Source: Gammaproteobacteria bacterium
GTDB taxonomy: Bacteria > Pseudomonadota > Gammaproteobacteria > Pseudomonadales > Azotimanducaceae
Direction: 5' to 3'
Assembly: GCA_038139355.1 (NCBI GenBank)
Contig: JAYOSS010000002.1
Location: forward strand, 1 to 41,502
Length of the DNA stretch: 41,502 bases
The notes beneath the pieces were generated by a model. That model saw only the letters and a list, made by a program, of their open reading frames with translations. It did not search any database and was not told where the DNA came from. The translations under genes and the position numbers were made by a program. Positions 1-10,073 of this stretch are shown in pieces. Numbering within the stretch: position 1 is the stretch's first letter; each line of letters begins with the position of its first letter.

Positions 1-1
1 C

Positions 2-1345
2 GGCGATTTTGTTCAGCGCCGACGTCGGTTGCTGGACGCCATGCAGCCGGGGTCAATAGCCGTCAGTCCCGGCGCACGACAGCGCCAGCGCAGCCGTGAT
101 ATTGCTTACCCCTTTCGCCAAGACAGCGACTTTTATTACCTGACCGGTTTTGACGAACCAGATGCCTTGCTGGTGCTTATCCCGGGCAGAGACCATGCCG
201 AGAGCATTTTGTTTTGTCGCGAGCGCGACCCCGACCAGGAGCGGCAGGACGGCCCGATCTTGGGGCCAGAGGCATGCTGTGACAGCCTAGGGGTTGACGA
301 TGCATTCCCCATCGCGGACGTCGACGATATCTTGCCGGGTATGTTGGAAGGTCGCAGTCAGATTTATCTGAGCATGGGTGAACACCGCCAATGGGATCTG
401 CGCGTGCTGGCTTTTTTGTCGGATCTGCGGCAACAACAAGCGTCGGCGAGCTTGGTTACCGGTCAGGTGGTGGATTTGGGGCATCTGCTTCACGAGCAGC
501 GCCTGATCAAAAGCGTCAAAGAACAACAGATGATGGATTACGCGGCACAAATCAGTGTCGATGCCCAGTACCACGCGCTGAAATCGCTGGGCCATGGTGT
601 CCGTGAGGCGGACATCGAAAATGAACTGCTCTACTACTTCAGGCGGGCAGGGGCCCAGTGTGAGGCCTATCCAAGCATCGTGGCTGGGGGCGAGAATGCC
701 TGCACCTATCATTACTCGGCCAATTCGGCGCGCTTGCTCGCTGGCGATTTGGTACTGATTGACGCGGGTTGTGAGTACGCTTGCTACGCCTCGGACGTGA
801 CACGAACTTATCCTGTTAGCGGTGGCTTCACCGCGGCCCAACGTCAACTCTACGACTTAGTATTGGCCGCAAATCTGGCCGCCATAGGAGCCTGCGGCCC
901 GGGCGTTTCTTTTTTGGCGCCTCATCAGGCGGCCACCCGAGTGCTGGTCACAGGACTGGTAGCGCTGGGCCTGCTTGACGGGGAACCAGATCAACTCATT
1001 GCCGACGGGGATCACACACCATTTTGTCCCCACAACATTTCCCACTGGCTTGGTCTGGATGTGCACGACGTCGGCGACTATCGACTGGGTGATACCTGGC
1101 GGGATCTGCTGCCGGGCATGGTGCTGACCGTGGAGCCGGGCATCTACATCCCCCGGGACCATACCACCCAGCATTTGGCTGACGAATACCGCGGCATCGG
1201 TATTCGCATCGAGGACACGATTTTGATCGAGAAAAAAGGCTGCCGGGTGCTGACGGCAGAGCTGGTGAAAGACCCAGATGCAATTGAGGCTTTGCTGCAA
1301 GCCGATTCTGCCCCAGTGGTATCAGGTCAGCGGGGCGTGGCATGA
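2..1345 (+). CDS. pepP: Xaa-Pro aminopeptidase (5' end lies upstream of the window)
   Basis: Frame is open from base 2 (GDFVQRRRRLLDAM, a typical PepP N-terminus); YPFRQDSDFYYLTGF motif; metal ligands in IDAG, SDVTRT, HWLGLDVHD, TVEPG and RIED. Confidence 0.95.
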   Translation, partial: GDFVQRRRRLLDAMQPGSIAVSPGARQRQRSRDIAYPFRQDSDFYYLTGFDEPDALLVLIPGRDHAESILFCRERDPDQERQDGPILGPEACCDSLGVDDAFPIADVDDILPGMLEGRSQIYLSMGEHRQWDLRVLAFLSDLRQQQASASLVTGQVVDLGHLLHEQRLIKSVKEQQMMDYAAQISVDAQYHALKSLGHGVREADIENELLYYFRRAGAQCEAYPSIVAGGENACTYHYSANSARLLAGDLVLIDAGCEYACYASDVTRTYPVSGGFTAAQRQLYDLVLAANLAAIGACGPGVSFLAPHQAATRVLVTGLVALGLLDGEPDQLIADGDHTPFCPHNISHWLGLDVHDVGDYRLGDTWRDLLPGMVLTVEPGIYIPRDHTTQHLADEYRGIGIRIEDTILIEKKGCRVLTAELVKDPDAIEALLQADSAPVVSGQRGVA

Positions 1346-2532
1346 GCCCAACGCCGAATCGCCAACACGTGATTGTGGCCGGAGGCGGTCCCGTTGGGGC
1401 TGCCACGGCGTTAAGCCTGGCTCAGCGAGGCATTCAGGTGACCTTGGTTGATCGCCAGCGGCCGGTGCGTGGGCCGTCAGCACTGGGGATGGACATTCGC
1501 AATGTGGCGCTTTCTCCTCGCTCGGCTGCATTGCTGGATGCTATTGACGGCTGGCCCCAGCGCGCCGCTGGGTATGCGCGCATGCACGTTTGGGAGGAGC
1601 GGGGTACCAGTACGTTGGATTTTGCAGCCGCCAGTGTCGGCAGGCAGCAGCTTGGCTGGCTGGTGGAAGTGGCGCCGTTGCTGGATCAGCTGTGGCAGCA
1701 ATTGGATCGACAGCCGTTGATTCGCGTGTGTTTAGGCAGTATTGCTGCGGTGGGCACCAGCGAGGATGAGGTATGGGTGGAGTATGTTCACGATGACGCC
1801 CCGAACAGGCTGCAGGCAGATCTGCTGATCGCCTCGGATGGCGCTAAATCCGCGGTGCGCCATGGCTTGCAGGTACCGGTTCGCACCTGGCAGACCGGCC
1901 AGATGGCTCTGACCACTGTGGTGCGAACCTCACAACCCCATCAAGACACGGCTTGGCAGCGGTTTTTGTTAGATGGCCCACTGGCCATGTTGCCCAGCGT
2001 TGATCCCCGTACCTGTTCTGTGGTGTGGAGTCAGTCTGAGGCTCAGGCGAATCGCCGTTTGGCACTGTCAGATGCCGAGTTTTGCCGGGAGCTGCAGCTT
2101 GCCAATGAAGGGTGTGTTGGTCAGATATTGGCGGCGGGGCCGCGCCAGGCTTTTCCGCTGGTGCAACAATTGGCGGAATCGGCGCACCCACATCGTCGGG
2201 TTTTGCTGCTGGGTGATGCCCTGCGGGTAGTTCATCCTCTAGCGGGTTTGGGCGTGAATTTGGGGTTTGAAGATTTGCAGGAGTTGCTGGAGCTGATAAC
2301 CCCTGACATTGATTTGGCCCGACCGGGCCAGTGGGACAAATTCGCGCGGCGTAGGCTACTGCGGTCAGAGATTATGCTGCGCAGCTTGGACGGTCTGAAG
2401 CGACTGTTCGGCAATGACGACCCCTGGGTGGGTTGGGTGCGTAACCTAGGTGTCGGCTGGTTTGGTCGTCGGCAGTGGTTGCAGCGCAAAGCCATCGAAG
2501 AAGCCACGGGTTTGGGCAACACCTCTGCCTGA
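1342..2532 (+). CDS. UbiH/UbiI(VisC)-family FAD-dependent ubiquinone biosynthesis hydroxylase
   Basis: GGGPVG FAD-binding motif, DGAKSAVR (DG motif), GD..HPLAGxGVNLG; ATGA overlap with pepP; sits in the canonical pepP-ubiH-ubiI-gcvT position. Confidence 0.88.
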   Translation: MSPTPNRQHVIVAGGGPVGAATALSLAQRGIQVTLVDRQRPVRGPSALGMDIRNVALSPRSAALLDAIDGWPQRAAGYARMHVWEERGTSTLDFAAASVGRQQLGWLVEVAPLLDQLWQQLDRQPLIRVCLGSIAAVGTSEDEVWVEYVHDDAPNRLQADLLIASDGAKSAVRHGLQVPVRTWQTGQMALTTVVRTSQPHQDTAWQRFLLDGPLAMLPSVDPRTCSVVWSQSEAQANRRLALSDAEFCRELQLANEGCVGQILAAGPRQAFPLVQQLAESAHPHRRVLLLGDALRVVHPLAGLGVNLGFEDLQELLELITPDIDLARPGQWDKFARRRLLRSEIMLRSLDGLKRLFGNDDPWVGWVRNLGVGWFGRRQWLQRKAIEEATGLGNTSA

Positions 2533-2586
2533 AGTCTTTGCAAGGTGTTGTTGAACCATGCTCGCCGCAAGCGAGCACACTTCAGT

Positions 2587-2592
2587 TACAAT
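2587..2592 (+). promoter_or_regulatory. Possible sigma70 -10 box (TACAAT) for gcvT
   Basis: TACAAT about 50 nt upstream of the gcvT ATG, preceded by the inverted repeat TGCTCGC/GCGAGCA (2559-2577); no clear -35. Confidence 0.35.
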
Positions 2593-2642
2593 CTTGCGCT
2601 AACTATTCATGACCCGTTTCGGCAGTTTTTGGCAACAACCTT

Positions 2643-3701
2643 ATGGCAGATAAAACCCCCCTTTATGATGCGCACGTGGCCGCTGGCGGCAAGATGGTGG
2701 ATTTTGCTGGCTGGATGATGCCGGTGAACTATGGCTCCCAGATTGAGGAGCATACGGCGGTGCGGACCGACGCGGGCATGTTCGACGTCTCCCATATGAC
2801 CATCGTGGATATCGACGGCCCAGATGCGGAAGCGTTTTTGCGCAAAGTCGTCGCCAACGACGTGGCCCAACTGGCGCCTTATCAGGCGCTCTACGGCGCG
2901 GCGCTGAATGCTCATGGCGGCGTGCTCGACGATCTCATCGTCTATCGGTTGCCCAAGGGCTACCGCTGCGTGGTCAACGCCTCCACCCGAGAAAAGATGC
3001 TAGATTGGTTCGAAGGTCAGGCCATGACCAATATGCGCATCGTCCACAAACCCCAGGTCATGCTGGCGGTACAAGGTCCTCAAGCAATCGCCAAGCTGAT
3101 AGCAGCCACTGATCTAGATAGTCTGGATGTCAAACCGTTTTATGCACTTGAACATGGCGATTGGTTGATTGGCCGCACGGGCTACACCGGCGAAGACGGG
3201 GTCGAGGTGATGTTGCCCAGCGAGCAGGGCATTGCGTTGTGGCATACCCTGCTAGATGCTGGGGTGATCCCGGCAGGATTGGGGGCCAGAGATACCCTGC
3301 GGCTAGAAGCTGGTCTGAATCTTTATGGCCAAGATATGGATGAGTCCACCTCACCACTGATCAGTAACATCGGTTGGACCGTGGCTTGGCAACCAGAAGA
3401 TCGCGCGTTTATCGGTCGGCATGCATTGACCGAGCAACGTGCCAGCGTTGGCCAAAAGCTGACCGGCATCGTTTTAGAAGACAAAGGCGTGTTGCGTCAC
3501 GATCAAGCGGTACAAACCGATACTGGGCCCGGCATGGTCACCAGCGGCACCTACTCGCCCACGTTACAGCGCAGTATCGGCTTGGCTCGGGTTCCCGCTG
3601 ATGCGGGCGAAGAATGTACGGTGGACATTCGCGGCACCGCAAAGAAAGCGCGACTAGTTAAGCCGCCGTTTGTTCGCAAGGGTAAGATTCTGGTCAACTA
3701 G
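2643..3701 (+). CDS. gcvT: Glycine cleavage system aminomethyltransferase T
   Basis: [33 protein letters not shown] and [13 protein letters not shown] motifs. Confidence 0.97.
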   Translation: MADKTPLYDAHVAAGGKMVDFAGWMMPVNYGSQIEEHTAVRTDAGMFDVSHMTIVDIDGPDAEAFLRKVVANDVAQLAPYQALYGAALNAHGGVLDDLIVYRLPKGYRCVVNASTREKMLDWFEGQAMTNMRIVHKPQVMLAVQGPQAIAKLIAATDLDSLDVKPFYALEHGDWLIGRTGYTGEDGVEVMLPSEQGIALWHTLLDAGVIPAGLGARDTLRLEAGLNLYGQDMDESTSPLISNIGWTVAWQPEDRAFIGRHALTEQRASVGQKLTGIVLEDKGVLRHDQAVQTDTGPGMVTSGTYSPTLQRSIGLARVPADAGEECTVDIRGTAKKARLVKPPFVRKGKILVN

Positions 3702-3717
3702 TGGCCTAACTACCGTT

Positions 3718-3735
3718 AGGCGAAACTCGCCTTTT
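3718..3735 (+). terminator. Weak intrinsic terminator candidate after gcvT
   Basis: AGGCGA-aac-TCGCCT hairpin running into a short T tract. Confidence 0.3.
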
Positions 3736-3813
3736 GGCAGAAAATACAATTTAGCGCGATGCACGGCAGTTTGGACGCAAGCCCGTCACCGCTTGGTAAG
3801 GAGTGAGCATCAC

Positions 3814-4206
3814 ATGAGCGATATCCCAACAGAGTTAAAATACGCCGCTACCCACGAATGGGCGCGGCTGGAAGAAGACGGCACAGTTACCGTGGGCATT
3901 AGCGACCACGCCCAAAGCGCCCTGGGCGACGTGGTGTACATCGAAGCGCCAGAACTGGGGCTCACCGTGGCGGCTCAAGAAGAAGCCGGTGTCGTGGAGT
4001 CAGTGAAAGCCGCGTCCGATATTTATGCCCCCATTGGCGGAACCGTTTGCGCGGTGAATGAGGCCTTGGTGGATACGCCAGAAATCGTCAACCAAGACCC
4101 CTACGGTGACGGCTGGTTTTTTAAGCTGACGCCTACGGATACCGCAGACCTCGACGATCTTTTAGACGCCGAGGGCTACGCAGAAGTTTGCGCTGACGAA
4201 GAGTAA
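3814..4206 (+). CDS. gcvH: Glycine cleavage system H protein
   Basis: Start moved to ATG 3814 (AAGGAG RBS at 3798-3803); [16 protein letters not shown], lipoyl-lysine motif [19 protein letters not shown]. Confidence 0.97.
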   Translation: MSDIPTELKYAATHEWARLEEDGTVTVGISDHAQSALGDVVYIEAPELGLTVAAQEEAGVVESVKAASDIYAPIGGTVCAVNEALVDTPEIVNQDPYGDGWFFKLTPTDTADLDDLLDAEGYAEVCADEE

Positions 4207-4360
4207 GCCCACTGGGCGACGCAGCCCGGGTCTCTTGGCTCGCCCAAGAACCTCCTGAAAGCGTTCTCAGTGATTGCGCAAGGGCTGCCTCAGGCCCGGG
4301 CGGTACTTATCGAAGATTGAACGGCATTGACCCGTTCGTTGTTAAGAATGGGAGCGGCAA

Positions 4361-5755
4361 ATGCCCTTTATTCCTCATACGCAAAGCGATGTAGAAGAGA
4401 TGCTCAGCCACATTGGTGTGGACAAGATCGACGCGCTCTTCGATGAAATTCCCCAGCACCTCATCAGCGATCGCTTGGACAATGTGCCCGAGGGCAGAAG
4501 CGAAATGGCCATGTTGCAGTACATGGCCCAGCGCGCGGAACAAGATCAGGGCTATACCTGCTTTTTGGGGGGTGGCAGTTACGATCACCACATACCGTCC
4601 GCAGTCTGGGATCTGACCACTCGGGGCGAATTCATGACGGCGTATACCCCGTATCAGGCCGAGGCCAGCCAAGGCACGCTGCAGCTGATTTACGAATATC
4701 AAACCATGATGGCGTCGCTGACGGCCTTAGATGTGTCCAATGCCTCGGTTTACGACGGCGCCAGCGGTTTGGCTGAAGCGGTACTGATGGCGGTGCGTGC
4801 CAACAAAAAGAACAAAGACGGACGTATTTTGATTGCCCAGTCCGTGCACCCCCATTACACCCAGACCACGCGCAACATCGTGCGCAACCAAGATGTGGCG
4901 ATAGACATGCTCGCTTTAGATGGAAATGGGTTGGTGGATTCTCAGCAGCTTGCGACTGCGGTTGGGGATACGCCCCCCAGCGCCGTGGTTGTGCAGCAGC
5001 CTAATTTCTTCGGTGGTCTAGAGGCGGTAGACGCCCTCACAGACTGGGCTCACGCGCAGGGCGCATTGGTGATCGCCGTGGTGAATCCAATGAGCCTAGG
5101 GATTCTCAAGCCGCCGGGTGAGTGGGGTGAGCAAGGTGCAGATATTGCCGTCGGTGATGGTCAGCCTTTTGGTGTGCCCATGGCCTCAGGCGGACCATCC
5201 TTCGGATTTATCTGTGCGCGATCCGCGCTGATGCGCCAACTACCGGGCCGCATTATTGGACGCACCGAGGATCTGGAAGGCAAAGTGGGTTACGCCCTGA
5301 CGCTACAGGCCAGAGAGCAGCACATTCGCCGAGGCAAGGCCACGTCAAACATCTGCACCAATCAGGGGTTGCTGGTCACCGCAGGCACCATCTACATGAG
5401 TTTGATGGGGCCCCAAGGTATTCGCGAAACCGCCTTGGACTGTCATCGCAAAGCTGCCGAGTTGCGCCAGCGGTTGCTGGCAGTGGACGGCGTGACGGAT
5501 TTTTTTCCAGGACCGAGCTTCCACGAATTCGCCCTGAGCCTGCCGGTGCCCGCGGCTCAAGTTATTGAGTACATGCTGGGCCACAAAATTTTGGCCGGAC
5601 TGAACCTAGCGGATTTTGCCGGTAGTGGATTAGATCACGGCAACAACGGCTTACTGGTGGCGGTTACAGAAAAGCGCACCCAAGAAGAATTGGACAACTA
5701 TGTAGCGGTCTTCGCTCAAGCCTTAAACGAGCTGACCAGTGGAGCGACAGCATGA
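4361..5755 (+). CDS. gcvPA: Glycine dehydrogenase (decarboxylating) subunit 1
   Basis: MPFIPHT N-terminus, [24 protein letters not shown] and [17 protein letters not shown] motifs; GGAG RBS. Confidence 0.96.
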   Translation: MPFIPHTQSDVEEMLSHIGVDKIDALFDEIPQHLISDRLDNVPEGRSEMAMLQYMAQRAEQDQGYTCFLGGGSYDHHIPSAVWDLTTRGEFMTAYTPYQAEASQGTLQLIYEYQTMMASLTALDVSNASVYDGASGLAEAVLMAVRANKKNKDGRILIAQSVHPHYTQTTRNIVRNQDVAIDMLALDGNGLVDSQQLATAVGDTPPSAVVVQQPNFFGGLEAVDALTDWAHAQGALVIAVVNPMSLGILKPPGEWGEQGADIAVGDGQPFGVPMASGGPSFGFICARSALMRQLPGRIIGRTEDLEGKVGYALTLQAREQHIRRGKATSNICTNQGLLVTAGTIYMSLMGPQGIRETALDCHRKAAELRQRLLAVDGVTDFFPGPSFHEFALSLPVPAAQVIEYMLGHKILAGLNLADFAGSGLDHGNNGLLVAVTEKRTQEELDNYVAVFAQALNELTSGATA

Positions 5756-7284
5756 ACAAACAACCATCCACGGCTAGCACCCAAGCGCTTAATCAGGCCA
5801 AGCACAACAGCACTCAAGGCCGATCCATTTTTGAGTTAAGCGCGGATGGCCGCAGAGCCAGCGCCCAGCGTGTTGATGGCACCGATGCCTCTTGCTTGGC
5901 GGATATCCCCGAGCATCTGTTGCGGACTCAGCCTCCTGGCTTGCCAGAAGTGTCTGAGCTTCAGGCAGTGCGGCACTACACCAATCTTTCGCAACAAAAT
6001 TACGCCATTGATACCCTGTTTTATCCTCTGGGTTCTTGCACCATGAAGTACAACCCCAGAGGCGCGCACAAAGCGGCGAGCCTGCCGGGATTTTTGGGCC
6101 GACATCCGTTGGCGCCAGAAGCAGCTAGCCAAGGACACCTGGCCTGTATGTACGATCTGCAGGAAATCCTGAAAGACGTCACCGGCATGAAGGGAGTGTC
6201 CCTGGCACCAATGGCCGGTGCACAAGGCGAATTCGCTGGGGTGGCTATGATCCGGGCGTATCACGAAGCGCGGGAAGATCACCAGCGCACTGAGATCATC
6301 GTTCCCACCGCGGCCCATGGTACCAACCCAGCAACCGCTGTGATGTGCGGCTACAAAGTGACCGAGGTGCCCATCAACAGTGATGGCGACGTTGACCTGG
6401 AAGCCTTGAAAGAAAAGGTCGGGCCGCAGACCGCGGGTTTGATGATGACCAACCCCTCAACCTGCGGTGTTTTTGAGCGTCAGATCGAAGCCATTGCCAC
6501 CACGGTGCACGATGCCGGCGGATTGCTGTACTACGACGGCGCCAATCTCAACGCCATTTTGGGCAAGGTGAAGCCCGGTGATATGGGCTTTGATGTCCTG
6601 CACATGAATTTGCATAAAACCTTTGCAACCCCCCATGGCGGTGGCGGTCCTGGTGCTGGCCCAGTGGGCGTGGGTGAGCGTTTGTTGCCGCACTTGCCCG
6701 TACCGGTAGTCACCAAGGAGGACCAGGGGTATCGCTGGATGGGTATGGAGGATTTACCCCTGAGTATCGGTACGTTGTCTGGTTTTGCTGGTAACGCGGG
6801 CATATTGTTGCGGGCGTTGGCCTATGCATTGTTGTTGGGTCGAGAAGGCATGCATCGCGTTGGCCAGTACGCCACGTTAAACGCCAACTACATGGCGGCT
6901 CGGTTAGCGAAAGCCGGATTCCAGCTGGCTTACCCCACTCGCCGAGCGACCCACGAGTTCATTGTGACGTATCAAAAAGAGGCCAAAGAACTCGGTGTTA
7001 ATGCCATGGATATGGCCAAACGTCTGCTGGACTATGGCGTGCATTCGCCCACCACGTATTTTCCGCTGCTGGTGCCCGAGTGCTTCTTGGTTGAGCCCAC
7101 CGAGACCGAGAGCAAACAAGAACTGGACGCTTTTGTAGACGCCATGATCGCGGTCAGGGCCGAGGCCATGGAAGATGCCGAATTCGTCAAGCAAGCGCCG
7201 TATACCACACCGGTGCGGCGACTGGACGATGTCAAAGCCGCCAGGGAATTGGATCTAACCTGGAAAGAGATCAGCGCTGGTTAG
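5752..7284 (+). CDS. gcvPB: Glycine dehydrogenase (decarboxylating) subunit 2
   Basis: [30 protein letters not shown] lysine motif [22 protein letters not shown]; ATGA overlap with gcvPA. Confidence 0.96.
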   Translation: MNKQPSTASTQALNQAKHNSTQGRSIFELSADGRRASAQRVDGTDASCLADIPEHLLRTQPPGLPEVSELQAVRHYTNLSQQNYAIDTLFYPLGSCTMKYNPRGAHKAASLPGFLGRHPLAPEAASQGHLACMYDLQEILKDVTGMKGVSLAPMAGAQGEFAGVAMIRAYHEAREDHQRTEIIVPTAAHGTNPATAVMCGYKVTEVPINSDGDVDLEALKEKVGPQTAGLMMTNPSTCGVFERQIEAIATTVHDAGGLLYYDGANLNAILGKVKPGDMGFDVLHMNLHKTFATPHGGGGPGAGPVGVGERLLPHLPVPVVTKEDQGYRWMGMEDLPLSIGTLSGFAGNAGILLRALAYALLLGREGMHRVGQYATLNANYMAARLAKAGFQLAYPTRRATHEFIVTYQKEAKELGVNAMDMAKRLLDYGVHSPTTYFPLLVPECFLVEPTETESKQELDAFVDAMIAVRAEAMEDAEFVKQAPYTTPVRRLDDVKAARELDLTWKEISAG

Positions 7285-7310
7285 GCGTTATTCGGTCAGA
7301 TGCCAGCCCG

Positions 7311-9371
7311 CTAGGTACCAAGTAACGCCTGCAGTTCCGTCAGGTCAGTGATGGCGGCGCTTGCTTGCCCGTCGGCAAAAACGTAGGCGCTCACCTGGTT
7401 ACGGGTGCTAGCGCCCACCAGTCCCGGTAGGTATGTAGGTACCGGGCCGGGCACATCATAGGGCACGCAAAACACGCTCAGCCAAGGTCGGTATCCCTGA
7501 TCGAGACTGCTTTGCCAGGCCCGCATTTCCTCCTCAGGCCCGCGAAGCACGACGGTTTGATCACCAATACTGGATTCCAGCGCGCTGATCAGGCTGCAGT
7601 GATTGGCTGGGTATCGCTCCATGGGCGCTCTGGCCCAGCGCAAGGTATTGCTCGCCGCGTCCAGATAGGTGTTGTTGCCCATCAACCGACCCATGGCCAG
7701 TAGTGCTTGGGCCATGGTCGCATTGCCCGGCGGTAGCGCCTCATCAAAACTGGGCTTGGGCTTAAAGATCAGTGGGGTTTGATCCAGTGGGGTAAAAAAG
7801 AATCCACCGCTCTCAACATCGTAGAACTGCTCAATGGCCACATCTGCAAGCTCTTGGGCGAAGGTTGCATCTGCGTCACGCCACCGATGACTCAGGAGTG
7901 TCACCAGCCCTTGCAGCACATTGGCGTAGTCATCCAAAAACCCGGCGGACTTGTTCTCGCCTTGCTGACAGCACACGCTTAGGCGTCGGTTCTGCCAGCA
8001 GTGTTCGCGCAGAAAATCCGCTATCTGGGTAGCGACATCTAGCCATTGCTGATCTCTCAGGGCAGTGGCGGCATGGCACAGGCCAGTGATCAACAAGCCA
8101 TTCCAGCCGGTGAGGATTTTCTTGTCGGTAATGACCGAGGTGCGCTGCTGCCGAGCTTCCAGCAAGGTACTGCGGGCTCGACGCAAGATGGGGTCTGCTG
8201 TGGCTTCGTCCATGGACAAACGCTCAATCACCGAGCGATACGAATCTCGGCGGTGCAGCACCCAGTGGTTGTCCACGTTGGCCGGTTTATCCAAGGCATA
8301 CAACGTTTCGATCAACAAATATGCCTCGGGATCCAGCAGCTTTTTCACCTGTTCCCGGCGCCACAAATAGTGACGTCCTCGCTGACCTAAACTGGCGCCA
8401 TCTTGGCCGGCGTAAAAACCGCCGCCTGCATCCCGCATGTCGCGCATCAGCCAAGCTAACGTCTGGGTTAAGGCGTCTTCAAACAGGGCGTCCCCGCCTA
8501 GCTTCAGGGCGTGGGCATACAGGGTGAGCAGTTGTGCGTTGTCGTAAAGCACTTTTTCAAAATGCGGAATGCGCCATTGGCGGTCTTGGGCGTAGCGAAA
8601 AAACCCACCGCCAAGATGGTCAAAAATGCCGCCCCTGGCCATTTGCGTTAGCGTCGTCATCACCATGTCCAAACTGTCTTTGTCCATGGCGTTGAGCCGC
8701 CGTCGGTGGGCCCAGTGTTGCAGCAATCGCTCCACGCTTCCCGGCATGGCGAATTTTATGCTTTGACCAAAGCCACCTTCAGCTTGATCAAATCGCTCCA
8801 CCAAACTGGACCGGCAGGCTTGGAGCAGCTCATCGTCACTCATGTCCGGATCCAGCACCGGCGGCGCCAACTGCTTTAAGGTATTGGCCAGCTTTTCGCT
8901 CTGGCCGGTCAGTTCTTCACGCTTGCTGTCGTAGGCTTCGAATAAGCGCATCAGCAAATCCGCAAAGCCCGGCTGACCATTTTGGGTATCGGCTGGAAAA
9001 TACGTGCCAGCAAAAAACGGCAGCTCGGTTTGCGGATCCAGAAATACATTGAGGGGCCAGCCGCCGCCGTGTTGAGTCAGCAACTGCATAGCGCTGAGAT
9101 ACACTTTGTCCAAATCCGGCCTTTCTTCCCGGTCTACCTTGATGCAGCAATAGTGATCGTTCAGCACCTTAGCCGTCATGGGGTCGTTAAAGGATTCCCG
9201 AGACATGACTTGGCACCAATGAGAGCCGGCGTAACCAATGGAGAGAAAGATCGGCGTGTCTGCGGCCTTGGCTGCGGCTAGGGTTTGATCGCTCCAAACC
9301 TGCCAGTTAACGGGTTGGTCTGCGTGCTGCTTCAGATACAGGCTGGTTTGGTGTTGCAGGTCGTTTGGCAT
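7311..9371 (-). CDS. YyaL/SPATA20-like protein (thioredoxin-like DUF255 domain plus alpha/alpha-barrel)
   Basis: Probable start MPNDLQHQTSLYLKQHADQPVNW; FLSIGY..HWC.VM..ESF, IKVDREERPDLD, GGWPL, GGIFDHLGGGFFRY, PHFEK.LYDNA and DKKILTGWNGL motifs. Confidence 0.9.
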   Translation of the reverse strand: MPNDLQHQTSLYLKQHADQPVNWQVWSDQTLAAAKAADTPIFLSIGYAGSHWCQVMSRESFNDPMTAKVLNDHYCCIKVDREERPDLDKVYLSAMQLLTQHGGGWPLNVFLDPQTELPFFAGTYFPADTQNGQPGFADLLMRLFEAYDSKREELTGQSEKLANTLKQLAPPVLDPDMSDDELLQACRSSLVERFDQAEGGFGQSIKFAMPGSVERLLQHWAHRRRLNAMDKDSLDMVMTTLTQMARGGIFDHLGGGFFRYAQDRQWRIPHFEKVLYDNAQLLTLYAHALKLGGDALFEDALTQTLAWLMRDMRDAGGGFYAGQDGASLGQRGRHYLWRREQVKKLLDPEAYLLIETLYALDKPANVDNHWVLHRRDSYRSVIERLSMDEATADPILRRARSTLLEARQQRTSVITDKKILTGWNGLLITGLCHAATALRDQQWLDVATQIADFLREHCWQNRRLSVCCQQGENKSAGFLDDYANVLQGLVTLLSHRWRDADATFAQELADVAIEQFYDVESGGFFFTPLDQTPLIFKPKPSFDEALPPGNATMAQALLAMGRLMGNNTYLDAASNTLRWARAPMERYPANHCSLISALESSIGDQTVVLRGPEEEMRAWQSSLDQGYRPWLSVFCVPYDVPGPVPTYLPGLVGASTRNQVSAYVFADGQASAAITDLTELQALLGT

Positions 9372-9516
9372 GGTCAGGCAATAGGCTCTCGGTAAAAAAC
9401 AAAGTCTCTCATGTTTGTCGACTGGGTGGGTCAAGCCGGCGTGAAGGAACAGTCAGGGTATTCACTGGCGGGTTCATTCAGGGTATTGGTGTATGGTGAC
9501 GGCAGAGGAAACAAAC

Positions 9517-10029
9517 ATGGAATCAAACATCGATAAAGACGGCTTTAGGCCCAACGTGGGTATTGTGCTGATCCAACGCCAAGCAGGCCCTCCGTCCAAC
9601 AATGTGCTCTGGGCCCGGCGGGTGGGTGGTTTTGATGCGTGGCAGTTCCCCCAAGGTGGCATTCATGTTGGCGAATCCCCGGAAGAAGCGGTTTATCGTG
9701 AGCTCTACGAGGAAGTTGGGGTTAAAGCCGATGGCGTAGAAATACTGGGCCAAACGCAACAATGGTTGCATTATCGGCTGCCCCGCCACATGCGCCGATC
9801 AAACTCCACGCCGGGATTTGTTGGGCAAAAGCAGAAATGGTTTTTGCTGGAGCTGCATGCGCCAGAAGAAGCGGTCAGTTTCGACATGGGGGATAAACCG
9901 GAATTCGATGATTGGCGTTGGGTAAGTTATTACTACCCCATCGGTCAGGTAGTGGATTTTAAACGGGACGTGTATCGCCAAGCCTTGGTGGAGTTAGCCC
10001 GATACTTGCCCGCTAGCGCAGCAAACTAA
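9517..10029 (+). CDS. rppH: RNA pyrophosphohydrolase
   Basis: [19 protein letters not shown], Nudix box [35 protein letters not shown]; start at 9517 follows GAGG. Confidence 0.96.
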   Translation: MESNIDKDGFRPNVGIVLIQRQAGPPSNNVLWARRVGGFDAWQFPQGGIHVGESPEEAVYRELYEEVGVKADGVEILGQTQQWLHYRLPRHMRRSNSTPGFVGQKQKWFLLELHAPEEAVSFDMGDKPEFDDWRWVSYYYPIGQVVDFKRDVYRQALVELARYLPASAAN

Positions 10030-10051
10030 AGTGCAGCAAATTAAATTGCAG
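10018..10051 (+). repeat. Imperfect 15-bp tandem duplication of the rppH 3' end
   Basis: GCAGCAAACTAAAGT / GCAGCAAATTAAATT / GCAG. Confidence 0.6.
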
Positions 10052-10073
10052 GGATAAAGCAGGACAACCCATC

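Noticed and set aside
2533-2642. Glycine riboswitch upstream of gcvT
   Set aside because: The 110-bp spacer lacks the GGAGA / CCGAAG / CTCAGG aptamer elements.
3670-3813. N-terminal extension of GcvH shown in the ORF track
   Set aside because: It overlaps gcvT; a strong RBS and family homology start at ATG 3814. The track extensions of yyaL, SDR, GST, folA, argE and lpxL were trimmed for similar reasons.
5740-5770. Frameshifted or pseudogenised fused gcvP
   Set aside because: Both halves have the termini of genuine GcvPA and GcvPB, with an RBS and ATGA coupling.
9453-9487. Direct repeat TCAGGGTATT x2 upstream of rppH as a regulator site
   Set aside because: Only two 10-bp copies 25 bp apart and no cognate regulator; not distinguishable from chance.
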